This document shows, piece after piece, positions 39,140 to 49,352 of a DNA stretch of 50,820 nucleotides. Location: assembly GCA_048886745.1 (NCBI GenBank), contig JBHLKK010000005.1, positions 1 to 50,820 of the forward strand. Reading direction: 5' to 3'. Source of the DNA: Candidatus Hodarchaeota archaeon (lineage in GTDB: Archaea; Asgardarchaeota; Odinarchaeia; Odinarchaeales; JBHLKK01). The notes below the pieces were generated by a model. That model did not search any database and was not told the DNA's origin. It saw only the letters and a list, made by a program, of their open reading frames with translations. A program made the position numbers and the translations under genes. Positions within the stretch are counted from its first letter, which is position 1, and each line of letters begins with the position of its first letter.

Positions 39140-39757
39140 CTAATCTGGCTCTTCCTCTGTTTCTTCTCCGCGTACAAGTTTTTCGAATAGTTCCGATCCT
39201 TCTTGCGCCCCCTCAGCAATCAATATGTCTCCTTCCTTAATCTTCACACCCTTGTAAGGTCTGTAAAGCCAGTCATTATCGCGTCTAATTGCTATTATCT
39301 TCATACCAGTCTCATCCTTAATATGCAAATCTCCGATGTTTCGATCAACTATCGGTGAGTTCACGCCCACCTTCACACGTATTATTGTATCATCCGTCTC
39401 AGACATAATTCTAGCGAAAACTGGATGGGGCTTTATTTCTCGAAGTACGACCTCTGCAATCTCCTTTGCAGCATCAGCAATATTCTCGGTTGCTATGCCA
39501 AGTCTAAGCAAACTCAGAAGCTTCTTTGGCTCTTCAACCGTACTAGCCAGAGTTATGATCGTCTGTTCGAACATTACGTGTAGGTTATCTATTCTCTCCT
39601 CCATTTCACAGACATCTTCTGCTATTTCTCTGCTGCTAAATAGCAGAGCAGAATAAGCTAGATCAACCATCTTTTCTGACTTCTGCTTCAATGTGCGAAA
39701 GAGAGACTCAGCGATTTTGAGGAGTTTATCCTTTTCCTCGATTTCCTGCCACCTCAA
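39140..39757 (-). CDS. PhoU + TrkA-C (RCK_C) domain protein
   Basis: MVDLAYSALLF, ENIADAA, IIAIRR...GDILIAEG. Confidence 0.85.
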   Translation of the reverse strand: MRWQEIEEKDKLLKIAESLFRTLKQKSEKMVDLAYSALLFSSREIAEDVCEMEERIDNLHVMFEQTIITLASTVEEPKKLLSLLRLGIATENIADAAKEIAEVVLREIKPHPVFARIMSETDDTIIRVKVGVNSPIVDRNIGDLHIKDETGMKIIAIRRDNDWLYRPYKGVKIKEGDILIAEGAQEGSELFEKLVRGEETEEEPD

Positions 39758-40344
39758 ATTCTTTCCTTTCCGGATGCTAGGGCTGAGAGGGTTTTGATTC
39801 CGGTTTGTGAACCTCTGGCAAATAAAATATCTCCAGATTCAACCTTTGTCTTTTCACCGGGATTATATATCCATTTTTTCCTTCTCTTAATTGCAATAAT
39901 GTCTACACCAATTTCAGTTTCTAAACTTAATTCACCCAGATCCTTATTACTGAGCTCAGATTTGGAATCGATACTCACTTTAGTAATTGGTTCCTCAGAA
40001 CCTCTTATCGCCTTGAGTATTAAGGGGTGTGCCTCTATGCCCTTAAGGACTGTTGCTGCGATGTCAGCTGCCGCATCAGAAATCTTATCTGATGCGGAAG
40101 CTACCCTCAGCAAAGCCTCAAGTTGTTCGGCATCCTCCGCGTCTCTGGCGGCCAACATGGCGTTCATGGCAACCAAATATGCCAGTCTATCTACCCGTTC
40201 CTCCAGATCCAAAACTTCTTCGGCTATGTCTCTATTTTTAAAAAGAACGGCAGAATATGCCAGGTCAATCATGAGTTCTGCTATATCCTTCATCTCAACT
40301 AGAGACTCACGAATTGAGATGGGTTGATACTCAATCTTATCCAC
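39754..40344 (-). CDS. PhoU + TrkA-C (RCK_C) domain protein, tandem paralog
   Basis: EMKD..ELMIDLAYSA, KISDAAADIA, IIAIKR...GDILFARG. Confidence 0.85.
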   Translation of the reverse strand: MDKIEYQPISIRESLVEMKDIAELMIDLAYSAVLFKNRDIAEEVLDLEERVDRLAYLVAMNAMLAARDAEDAEQLEALLRVASASDKISDAAADIAATVLKGIEAHPLILKAIRGSEEPITKVSIDSKSELSNKDLGELSLETEIGVDIIAIKRRKKWIYNPGEKTKVESGDILFARGSQTGIKTLSALASGKERI

Positions 40345-40698
40345 GTTTTGTACACCGTCAGCTAATATTCAGGTTATAGAAACTGATAAAGATATTGCCA
40401 ATTTCGTTAGATAGATTTTATTAACTCTTCTTGGATGTAGTCCTGTACGCTCTATTCCGTCTGCAAATGTTTTCGGAACCGCTTTCTTAATCACTTATGG
40501 AATTCTCTAATTTATTATATGTACAGGATATTTGAAAGCCAATAATCTTATAGACTCTTGCGAGGAATAATCCGCATACATTCCTCTAATATCCAGAATC
40601 GAGTATTTGATTCTTAAGGTTTTTCTAATTGAACGTTACTATTATCTATTAGTCATTGCTTGTGGAAATGCCATAAAGAAATCGGTGGTCATAGGACG

Positions 40699-41439
40699 TT
40701 GAAAAGGTCCGGCTTCAAAAAGAGAGCAACGGCATTCAAACTCAACATATCGGACATAATCCACGGAACTTATCACAAAAGTGAGGAAGGCAGCTTCTTA
40801 GATACACGATATGGACTGAAGATACTAAGGGCCCATATTATGGCTACAGTAATTGAGAAATTCGAATCCAATAATGAGGCTACACCTTCGAATGAAAGCA
40901 GAAAAGATTATGCAACCCTCACAGTAGACGATGGAACGGGAGTGATCCGAATAAAGACTTGGCAAGAAGACACAAATCTTATTAAATCAATAAGCATTGG
41001 CGACATAGTCGACATAGTAGGTCGGATACGTGAATACGAAGAAGAGCTCTACTTGATGCCTGAGGCAATCAACAAAGTTGCTGATCCAAACTGGGAGCTA
41101 TTGCGTGAACTCGAAATAATCGAAGCCAAAAGAGAACACCTTCCTGCAAGGCCGGCGTCTAGCAAGTCGGAAATAGCTGAAGAAGATAAGAAAGATAGTT
41201 ACCTAGTAGGTGAATTGGAAACCAAGGAAGAGACTGATGCTGAGATCGAGAGCAAAGTTGCCCTTCAGGGAACTCTATTTGAAATGATAGAACAATACAA
41301 GGAAGACGGTGTAGCAGCTAAGGATTTATTCCAAGAATTATCTGAGTTTTCCAAAAACGATATCAAAGCAGCTTTGATATCCCTTATAAAGGAAGGAGCC
41401 ATATATGAACCCAGACCAGGTTACTATAGAAGAACATAA
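40699..41439 (+). CDS. RPA32/RPA2-like OB-fold protein with C-terminal winged helix
   Basis: KRATAFK, VDDGTGVIRIKTW, GDIVDIVGRIREY, DPNWELLR, EGAIYEPRPGYY. Confidence 0.8.
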   Translation: MKRSGFKKRATAFKLNISDIIHGTYHKSEEGSFLDTRYGLKILRAHIMATVIEKFESNNEATPSNESRKDYATLTVDDGTGVIRIKTWQEDTNLIKSISIGDIVDIVGRIREYEEELYLMPEAINKVADPNWELLRELEIIEAKREHLPARPASSKSEIAEEDKKDSYLVGELETKEETDAEIESKVALQGTLFEMIEQYKEDGVAAKDLFQELSEFSKNDIKAALISLIKEGAIYEPRPGYYRRT

Positions 41440-41450
41440 GGGCGATTAGT

Positions 41451-41864
41451 TTGGGTAAATTCGATTATGAAGAAATGCTAAAAAGGGCAAGATCTGTTCT
41501 CCCTTCAACGGTCTTTGAACATTCACGTTTCACAATACCAAAGGCTGACTCATTCACAGAAGGAAATAGAACATTTGTTCGTAATTTTAAGGAGATTAGT
41601 GAGACGCTAAACAGAGCACCAAAACATATTTTGAAATTCCTTCTTCGTGAGCTGGCCACAGCAGGAACATTAGGAGATACACAGGCCATATTTCAAGGCC
41701 GTTTTTCCAGAAATACGTTTGATGAACTCATAGAACGTTATACTAAACTATATGTCATATGTCCTGAATGCCAGAAACCCGATACGAGCATAAAGAAAGA
41801 AGATCGATACCTCTTTCTAGTCTGCAAAGCATGTGGTGCAAGAGCATCATTAAAACCATTGTAG
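41451..41864 (+). CDS. eif2b: Translation initiation factor aIF2 beta
   Basis: YEEML.RA, ELATAG, ICPECQKPDT, CKACGA. Confidence 0.95.
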   Translation: MGKFDYEEMLKRARSVLPSTVFEHSRFTIPKADSFTEGNRTFVRNFKEISETLNRAPKHILKFLLRELATAGTLGDTQAIFQGRFSRNTFDELIERYTKLYVICPECQKPDTSIKKEDRYLFLVCKACGARASLKPL

Positions 41865-41873
41865 GGGATTATA

Positions 41874-42170
41874 GTGAAAGTATACATGCATGTCATGAAA
41901 GTTCGTGGAGAAGTTCTTGTGGCAATATGCGATGAGGATCTGCTCGGGAAAACCCTGTCAGAGGGAAATATTAGGCTAAGAATAGATGAAAAATTCTACG
42001 GCGGTAGACTGATTCCTGTAGAGGATTGTAAGGAGGCTATTGATAATTCAACAATAACGAACATCATTGGTAGGAGAATAGTTGAATTTGCCATTTCTAA
42101 TGGCATTGTGCATGAGTCTTGCCTTCTATGGGTCTGCGGCGTCCCTCATGCCCAGATTGTGAAGGTCTAA
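41874..42170 (+). CDS. DUF424 family protein
   Basis: LVAICDEDLLGK, FYGG, VPHAQ. Confidence 0.88.
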   Translation: MKVYMHVMKVRGEVLVAICDEDLLGKTLSEGNIRLRIDEKFYGGRLIPVEDCKEAIDNSTITNIIGRRIVEFAISNGIVHESCLLWVCGVPHAQIVKV

Positions 42171-42197
42171 AAATCTTTATGAGTGTGTCGTCTTTTC

Positions 42198-43310
42198 ATG
42201 GAGCTTTTTTGTGCAAAGTGCGGTACCGAACTAACAAAAGAAGGGTATTTTCACGGTCTATGTCAATCTTGTTATGAGGAAGAGCACCCCCTCTTTCAAA
42301 TTAAGAAGCCTTCAGAAATCAAAATGTGTGCCCAGTGTCTGAGCTCTTTATCTAAAGGACAGTGGGTTGATCCAGCTACTCAGAACGACAAAGAAGCTAT
42401 TGCAGAAGCTATAACTAAAAGCACACCATTTCTTGTTAAGCCGGCTGCAAAAATCTCGTATTTGAAGGTAATTCCTCATCTGAATGAGGCGAAACAAGAA
42501 AGGAAAAATCACCTGATTGTTCCAATCACGGTTGTGGGCAAGGGGAAAAGTGATCCGCATATGTCATCTTATACTGTCCAAAGAAATGCTCTGGTCAATG
42601 TATATTTTACAGTATGTGAAAGATGCAAGAGCATACGTCAGAGCAAATATGCAGCAGTATTGCAGGTGCGGGCGAAGGGACGAAAAGTCGCTGAGAAAGA
42701 AAGGAAGGCTCTCCTCTCAATTTTGGATGATGTCATGCAAAGAATTCCAAAAGATAGAATGGCTTTTTATGAAATTAAAGAACAGAAAAAGGGTTTCAAC
42801 ATCAATTTTGGCTCTTTGAGTGCGGCACGCAAAGTTGTCCTCGGTATAAAGAACTCCTTTGGGGGAATCTCTCGTGAATCCCGCAAGCTTGTGGGTGTTG
42901 ACAAATCCGGCAAACGGATCTCTCGTACGGTAATCGCCTTGAGACTACCTTCATTTACCACCAATGACATATTGATCATTAAGGGCTTACCTAATCAGGT
43001 GATGTCAATAAGAGGAGATAAAGTTGGATGCATCAATCTAGGAAGCTTCAGACATGTTTCTTATCCCCTAACCAAAGTCTGGAAAGCAGAACTACTCAAC
43101 AAAGAAGAAATAAAGACTTTTCTTGTGCTGACAATCCTTCCTGATACCGTCCAACTCATGGATACACGGTATTTTCACACATTTGAGGTTTCTAAACCTC
43201 CTTGGGATATAGGAATCAGTCAGGAGATAGGAGGGATAGTAGTAAACAACAGAATATATCTGCTCCCGCCCGAGAACTACCTTAAAGACGCCAACTCTCC
43301 GGAAGATTAA
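42198..43310 (+). CDS. NMD3-like 60S/50S maturation factor
   Basis: FCAKCG...LCQSC...CAQC...CERC zinc fingers, YAAVLQVR. Confidence 0.88.
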   Translation: MELFCAKCGTELTKEGYFHGLCQSCYEEEHPLFQIKKPSEIKMCAQCLSSLSKGQWVDPATQNDKEAIAEAITKSTPFLVKPAAKISYLKVIPHLNEAKQERKNHLIVPITVVGKGKSDPHMSSYTVQRNALVNVYFTVCERCKSIRQSKYAAVLQVRAKGRKVAEKERKALLSILDDVMQRIPKDRMAFYEIKEQKKGFNINFGSLSAARKVVLGIKNSFGGISRESRKLVGVDKSGKRISRTVIALRLPSFTTNDILIIKGLPNQVMSIRGDKVGCINLGSFRHVSYPLTKVWKAELLNKEEIKTFLVLTILPDTVQLMDTRYFHTFEVSKPPWDIGISQEIGGIVVNNRIYLLPPENYLKDANSPED

Positions 43311-43438
43311 AACGCTTTTTTAGCAAAGTCGAGATATAGTATAAATGCTGAAAATCACTATGAATCCCTGTCTTTCCTGTCCAATAAGAGGACACATTTA
43401 AAAGATAGAGGTAGCACTTAACCATCGGAGTTGAGTAA

Positions 43439-43744
43439 TTGCCTAGAAAGAGAACAAATGAACCATCTACAATCAGATATGTAAGATTACCTAGGGACGC
43501 CGAGATGTTTGGTAGTGTTATTCAGTTATTGGGCCACGATAAAGTAAAGGTCAAATGTGCCGATGGCCTTGTGCGTATCTGTCGAATTCCAGGAAGAATG
43601 CGAAAGCGAACATGGATAAGAAACAACGATGTCGTTCTTGTGGTTCCATGGGATTTCCAATACGAAACAAGAGGCGACATTGTCTGGAGATATACCCGCG
43701 GTCAAGTAGCGTGGCTTGAGAGGAAAGGCCATCTTAAAATATAA
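43439..43744 (+). CDS. eif1a: Translation initiation factor aIF1A
   Basis: CADG..RICRIPGRMRKRTWI..DVVLV.PWDFQ..RGDIVWRY. Confidence 0.96.
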   Translation: MPRKRTNEPSTIRYVRLPRDAEMFGSVIQLLGHDKVKVKCADGLVRICRIPGRMRKRTWIRNNDVVLVVPWDFQYETRGDIVWRYTRGQVAWLERKGHLKI

Positions 43745-43760
43745 TTGGGGGAACTTCTTT

Positions 43761-44549
43761 TTGCCAAGAGAAGAGGTGGAAGAAACAATCAGCCACCTTG
43801 AAAGGAAAAAAATCGATGAAAGACGGATTAGGAAAAAGCGCAGCGAAGACCTCAGCGCAGTTGAGGCTGTTTTCGATCGATCAACACTTCTAACGCTTTA
43901 TCATTTGATTAACTCAGGAGTAATTAGCGAGCTCTTTGGCGTCATATCTACTGGGAAAGAGGCAAATGTCTATTGGGCAAAAGGGGGAGATGAGGACGAT
44001 TATGCAGTCAAAATCTTCAGAACAGTAACTGCAGATTTTAAGAAAATGTCCGTTTATGTTCAGGGGGATCCTAGGTTCAAAAGGATAAAGAAAGATACAC
44101 GAAGTCTAATCTATACGTGGGCCACAAAGGAGTTCAAAAACCTAACTAGGGCGCAGGAGGCTAAGGTCAGAGTGCCAAAGCCAATAGCGGTCCGGAATAA
44201 TGTACTGGTTATGGAATTTATAGGCGATGATGGAATACCTGCCCCTAGACTCAAAGATATGGCACCAGAGGATCCTAACGATGCTCTGAATGTCATACTT
44301 AAATATATTCGGAATCTTTATCAAACCGCAAAATTGATTCATGCAGATTTGAGTGAATATAACATACTAGTGTGGAATGAGCCCGTTATCATAGATATAT
44401 CCCAAGGGGTACTTATACAACATCCCTTGGCACAGGAATTTCTTCTGAGAGACATAAAGAATATCCTCCGTTATTTTCGTCCTCTTGTTAATGATATACC
44501 CTCTACAGAGACCGTTTATCGCAAGATTGTTGGAGGAAAGGCGAAGTGA
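43761..44549 (+). CDS. rio1: RIO1 serine kinase/ATPase
   Basis: ISTGKEANVY, AVKIF, HADLSEYNIL, IIDISQ. Confidence 0.95.
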   Translation: MPREEVEETISHLERKKIDERRIRKKRSEDLSAVEAVFDRSTLLTLYHLINSGVISELFGVISTGKEANVYWAKGGDEDDYAVKIFRTVTADFKKMSVYVQGDPRFKRIKKDTRSLIYTWATKEFKNLTRAQEAKVRVPKPIAVRNNVLVMEFIGDDGIPAPRLKDMAPEDPNDALNVILKYIRNLYQTAKLIHADLSEYNILVWNEPVIIDISQGVLIQHPLAQEFLLRDIKNILRYFRPLVNDIPSTETVYRKIVGGKAK

Positions 44550-45130
44550 TCTCCAAAGAATTTTTGAAGGTTCCAGAAAGCAGACTCGGAGTAATCATAG
44601 GTAAGAATGGCGAAATAAAAAGGGAAATAGAAGAAACCACAAAAACAAATCTAAGAATAGACAGTAAAGAGAACACGATTCTAATAGAACCCATGCCGGA
44701 TGCGGACGACCCCCTCGGCGTATGGAACGCCAAACACATAATCCTGGCGATTTCTCGTGGTTTTAGTCCCAAGAAAGCATTTACACTTCTTGACGATAAC
44801 ATGATGCTTGAAATTATCAATCTGCACGATTTCGTTGGACGTTCACCTAGCAACCTGATCCGTATCAAGGGTAGAATAATCGGTGAGAAGGGAAAAACTA
44901 GACGAGTAATTGAAGAACTTACAAAAGCTCACGTATCCATATTTGGCCATACGGTGGCTTTAATAGGTGAGCCTACAAATCTACAAGTAGCAAAGGAAGC
45001 CGTGATTTCAATAGTAAAAGGAGCCCCCCATAGCTCGGTTTATCGCTTTTTGCATAGGAAGAGAAGAGAAATTAAGAGAGATGAAGTATCTTTATGGGAA
45101 CCCCCCCTAGATATAGATGATGAGACTTAA
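44546..45130 (+). CDS. KH-domain RNA-processing protein (Dim2/Pno1)
   Basis: IIGKNG, RGFSP, GRIIGEKG. Confidence 0.92.
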   Translation: MISKEFLKVPESRLGVIIGKNGEIKREIEETTKTNLRIDSKENTILIEPMPDADDPLGVWNAKHIILAISRGFSPKKAFTLLDDNMMLEIINLHDFVGRSPSNLIRIKGRIIGEKGKTRRVIEELTKAHVSIFGHTVALIGEPTNLQVAKEAVISIVKGAPHSSVYRFLHRKRREIKRDEVSLWEPPLDIDDET

Positions 45131-45159
45131 TAGCAACGCCGATGGGAGTGAGCTAACAA

Positions 45160-46650
45160 TTGGATGAAACATATGAAACTATTAGTCCTGCGGATTTTTT
45201 CTATAGGAATCGAGATATCGCTGGATTTGACAACCCTTCCAGAGCTCTATATACCGCAATTCGAGAGCTAATCGAGAACTCGTTAGACGCATGCGAAAGC
45301 GCAAATATACCTCCAGATATCAATATACAACTAATACAGTCTCGTGAAAACGAGTATCAACTTCGCGTAGAAGACAATGGCACGGGCATTCCTGCTGAAA
45401 ACATACCGCCAGCCTTCGGGAAAGTTCTATATGGGTCAAAATATACTCTCAGACAACTGAGAGGAACGTTTGGATTAGGAGGGACAATGGCCATTTTATA
45501 TGGCCAAATTACCACACATCGAGCCGTCAAGGTCATATCCAGCACAGGAAACAACGAGATAAACGAAATGGAAATCAAGATAGATATTCAAAATAACGTA
45601 CCTCTGATAGAAAAAAGTGCAATTCGTCCAAACAAGAACAATTGGCATGGAATAATTGTAGAATTGACTCTAGAGGGAGACTATACCCGCGCAAAAAGTA
45701 AGATTTTGGAATATATCAGACAGATAGCTATTGTCTCCCCGTATGTAAGCTTAACTTTCATAGATCCTTCCGGAACCTTCTATACATTTGGCCGAGCAAC
45801 CACCAATCTGCCTTCACCGCCCAAAGTAGTTCTACCTCACCCGTATGGGGTTGATGTGGAAATTCTGAATCGCATCATTAGAAAAACAAACACACATACA
45901 TTGACGAACTTTCTAACTAAGCACTTCCATAGGGTGGGAAAAGCAATCGCTAAGAAGTTTCTGCAATTTGTGGGACTAGATTCTCAATCCAATCCAAAAA
46001 ATCTTAGTTCAACGGAGGTATTGAATTTAGTCCGTGCAATGAAAGAGTTTCCGGAGTTCTTACCACCTAGTGCGGATTGTTTGTCACCTATCGGCGTCGA
46101 CCTACTTGAGGCCGGCATAATGAAAGAGTTGAAACCGGAATTCGCAGCTGCTGTTCAGCGCCCCCCTTCAGCTTACTCAGGACATCCCTTCATTGTGGAA
46201 GTTGCGATGGCATATGGCGGAAAAATACCATCAGAGAAGGACTTCAAGTTGTACCGATTTGCCAACAGAATACCCCTTCTTTATGATGCATATAGCGATA
46301 TTTCAATGAAGGTTATACGAAAAATAAAGTGGCAAAGATACAGGATAAAGCCAGAAATGCCAATCACTCTTATAATACATATATGCTCAACCAAAATCCC
46401 CTATAAGACCGTTGGTAAGGAGTTCATTGCTGATAAACCAGAAATTGAATACGAAATTGAGTGGGGACTAAAGGAATGCGCAAGAAAACTCAGTCGCCAT
46501 CTTAGTCGCAAGGAGCATTTCAAGCGACAGAGGATGCGCTATAGCGCCCTCTCAGAACATTTGGCCAAAATAGCTGAGTTCTCCACTAGGTTAGCTGGTA
46601 AAGAAGAACCTCCAGACGTGATAAAACTACTTGAAAGGATGGAAAGTTGA
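45160..46650 (+). CDS. top6B: DNA topoisomerase VI subunit B
   Basis: ISPADFF, ELIENSLDA, EDNGTG, RFANRIPLLY. Confidence 0.96.
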   Translation: MDETYETISPADFFYRNRDIAGFDNPSRALYTAIRELIENSLDACESANIPPDINIQLIQSRENEYQLRVEDNGTGIPAENIPPAFGKVLYGSKYTLRQLRGTFGLGGTMAILYGQITTHRAVKVISSTGNNEINEMEIKIDIQNNVPLIEKSAIRPNKNNWHGIIVELTLEGDYTRAKSKILEYIRQIAIVSPYVSLTFIDPSGTFYTFGRATTNLPSPPKVVLPHPYGVDVEILNRIIRKTNTHTLTNFLTKHFHRVGKAIAKKFLQFVGLDSQSNPKNLSSTEVLNLVRAMKEFPEFLPPSADCLSPIGVDLLEAGIMKELKPEFAAAVQRPPSAYSGHPFIVEVAMAYGGKIPSEKDFKLYRFANRIPLLYDAYSDISMKVIRKIKWQRYRIKPEMPITLIIHICSTKIPYKTVGKEFIADKPEIEYEIEWGLKECARKLSRHLSRKEHFKRQRMRYSALSEHLAKIAEFSTRLAGKEEPPDVIKLLERMES

Positions 46651-47742
46651 TTGAAAAAACCTAAGGTCCATCAAAAAGAATTGAGCCAAAAATTCATGGA
46701 TTTGGGATTAGACGTATACGAGCAACTGGAACAAAAGGAATTCCCAAAATTGGCAATACCCAGCAGGTCAACAAGTAACATCAAATATAGCTCCAAATTA
46801 AGACACTTCGTTCTTGGTGAAAAAGAAGTTATCCGAAGCGCAAGTAACATTCGCCATCTAAAACCTTTTACACAGACTATTTGGGTTGCGTATTTTGTTC
46901 ACAGGCTCCTAAAAGCAAATCGAAGCAGCACTCTGAGAGATATCTACTACTCGGCCGAAGCCGATGATATTAGCTTCAAAGACCAAGAAGAATCGGATGG
47001 AATAATAACAGACTTGGAAGCACTTCTCCGTATACCAAGGGAAGACTTCAAGGTCTTTCCAGAAGAAAGAAGTGCCATATTTGGAGACCTTACAGTAGAA
47101 TATACGATTCCTGGGTATGAAGGAAACACCCTAAATCTGTCTTCAAGCCCTGATGGTATAATGATTGGTCCAGCCCTAACAACTTCAAATCTCGTCAAAT
47201 GTCGCGCGGACAAAGTTATAGCAATAGAATCTGGTGGTATGTTCACTAGGCTAATCGAAGAACAGGCACACAAGAAGTTCAATGCCCTCCTCATCCACAC
47301 TGCGGGACAAGCGCCCAGAAGCACTAGACGACTTATCCGCAGACTGAACAATGAACTGGAACTTCCAATTCTGGTATTCACAGATGGTGATCCGTGGGGA
47401 TGTCATATAGCTATGGTAATAATAAGCGGATCTGCCAACGCGGCCCACATTCCTGACTTAGCAACTCCAGAGGCCATATGGATGGGAGTCTGGGCAACAG
47501 ACATAGATAGGTATGCACTTCCAACGGAATCCTTTAATGAACACGATAAGAAACGAGTTTCAGAGCTTCTTCATGACCCTAGATATCAGTCGAAATTTTG
47601 GAAAAAGCAGCTTAAGAAGTTTAAGGAATTGAAGAGAAAAGCAGAACAACAGGCATTCAGCAAGTATGGATTAGGTTATGTCGTAGAGTCTTATATTCCT
47701 GAAAAGCTCGAAACTTTAAGAAAAATGAAACTGTTAGATTAG
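46651..47742 (+). CDS. top6A: DNA topoisomerase VI subunit A
   Basis: STLRDIYY catalytic Tyr, TDGDPWG Toprim, KAEQQA. Confidence 0.96.
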   Translation: MKKPKVHQKELSQKFMDLGLDVYEQLEQKEFPKLAIPSRSTSNIKYSSKLRHFVLGEKEVIRSASNIRHLKPFTQTIWVAYFVHRLLKANRSSTLRDIYYSAEADDISFKDQEESDGIITDLEALLRIPREDFKVFPEERSAIFGDLTVEYTIPGYEGNTLNLSSSPDGIMIGPALTTSNLVKCRADKVIAIESGGMFTRLIEEQAHKKFNALLIHTAGQAPRSTRRLIRRLNNELELPILVFTDGDPWGCHIAMVIISGSANAAHIPDLATPEAIWMGVWATDIDRYALPTESFNEHDKKRVSELLHDPRYQSKFWKKQLKKFKELKRKAEQQAFSKYGLGYVVESYIPEKLETLRKMKLLD

Positions 47743-47877
47743 CTTGGGCGTTTTTGGTATCTCCTAAAACACCATGATAAAGCTAATCTTTGCTAGAAAC
47801 GACAGGAATTAAGACGAAATTAGCTATAATAGAAACCAATTGCTCGATAAATCCAATCAATGTTTTGAGGGAAGTTC

Positions 47878-48813
47878 ATGACCAAATTCAGTCTAGTTAC
47901 GGGTGGTGCGGGCTTCATCGGTTCAAACCTAGTGAAAAAACTAGAGGATATTGGACGAAACATTATCGTTATAGACGATTTTTCAACAGGATCTCCAAAT
48001 AATCTCGAAAATTGCTCAAGTGCTGTGAAAATAATTCATGGAGATTCATCAATAATTGAAACAATAGAATTGCCTAAATTGCAGGATATCTACCACCTAG
48101 GAATACCCTCTTCAAGCCCTATCTATAAACAGAATCCTAGCATTGTCGGAGAAACAATAACAACATTCACACGAATCCTTGAGCAAATCAAACAGAACAT
48201 TCCAAAGACCAAGATCATCTATGCATCTACCTCATCAATATATAATGGAAATGAAATACCTTTTAGAGAAGACATGCCGGTTTACATTAAAGACTATTAC
48301 ACAGAATGCAGGTATGCCATCGAAAGAATGGCAAAGCTATATCACGACCTCCACGGAATCAATTCCATAGGTTTAAGGTTTTTCAGCGTATATGGACCTC
48401 ACGAGGAATATAAAAGACAATATGCAAATATGATAACTCAATTTCTCTGGGAATTAGAAGACAACAGAAAGCCAATAATATATGGTGATGGGACACAAAG
48501 TCGTGATTTCATATATGTGAAGGATGCGGTAAATGCATGCATCCTGGCAGCGAAATCCAAGATAAAATGCGGAGTAATCAATATTGGAACCGGTATTGAT
48601 ACTAGTTTTAATGAACTCATTGAGTTGCTAAACTCGAAGCTTAGAAAAAACGTAAAGCCCAAATATGTGAGAAATCCGATAAAGAATTATGTCCAAGAGA
48701 CACTTGCGGATACTAAGAAAGCAAAGACTGAACTAGGTTTTACCGCTGAATATACCGTTGAAAAAGGAATTGATAAAATAATACAATATTATTCGAAGAT
48801 TGAACAAGATTGA
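47878..48813 (+). CDS. NAD-dependent nucleotide-sugar epimerase/dehydratase
   Basis: TGGAGFIGS, ASTSSIY, RFFSVYGP, GDGTQSRDFIYV. Confidence 0.92.
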   Translation: MTKFSLVTGGAGFIGSNLVKKLEDIGRNIIVIDDFSTGSPNNLENCSSAVKIIHGDSSIIETIELPKLQDIYHLGIPSSSPIYKQNPSIVGETITTFTRILEQIKQNIPKTKIIYASTSSIYNGNEIPFREDMPVYIKDYYTECRYAIERMAKLYHDLHGINSIGLRFFSVYGPHEEYKRQYANMITQFLWELEDNRKPIIYGDGTQSRDFIYVKDAVNACILAAKSKIKCGVINIGTGIDTSFNELIELLNSKLRKNVKPKYVRNPIKNYVQETLADTKKAKTELGFTAEYTVEKGIDKIIQYYSKIEQD

Positions 48814-48839
48814 GACCGAAATATTTCCTTTTTTTGAGA

Positions 48840-49352
48840 TTATGCGGTGACATTAACCTGCATCCAAACCATAACCGCCTCTCCCAATGCATTACGGGTA
48901 TGTTCGAACTCGCCAGTGTTGACATCAAAAATATACAATACACAATAGTAAATATGCCGCTCAACTGACTGTGTAGTATAAAGCGTGTCGTTAATCGTAA
49001 ACATGTGTTCTTCACTATCTGCAATTATTCTGCTAAAGTTTCCCCAATGGGTGCAGCTATTGACCGGCGGATTAGTGTCACCAATGATCTGCCCCCTCCA
49101 GACATCCACTAGGAAATATCCTACATGGCCGAAATAGTTCTGAACCAGCACATTAAATGAGAATTGAGAAGCATTATTTGTTTGAATGAGACCTACTGCC
49201 AACAGATCCTGATTGAGAACAGATATGGTCGGAAATCCTTCACGGGGCGGAAATGTCAGTACTGTATAAAACAGCATTGAACTGGTGATGATGACTGCGC
49301 TGAGCACTACGACCGTTACAATTCTTCCCTCATTCTTTCCCACCCGCATCAC
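48840..49352 (-). CDS. Hypothetical membrane-anchored protein (DUF1616 C-terminal-like)
   Basis: One N-terminal TM helix, then a beta-rich domain with N-x-S/T sequons. Confidence 0.65.
   Translation of the reverse strand: MMRVGKNEGRIVTVVVLSAVIITSSMLFYTVLTFPPREGFPTISVLNQDLLAVGLIQTNNASQFSFNVLVQNYFGHVGYFLVDVWRGQIIGDTNPPVNSCTHWGNFSRIIADSEEHMFTINDTLYTTQSVERHIYYCVLYIFDVNTGEFEHTRNALGEAVMVWMQVNVTA

Noticed and set aside
40560-40615. Two adjacent hairpins in the trkA-C/RPA divergent gap
   Set aside because: Short AT-rich stems without higher-order structure; could be chance or promoter-region operators.
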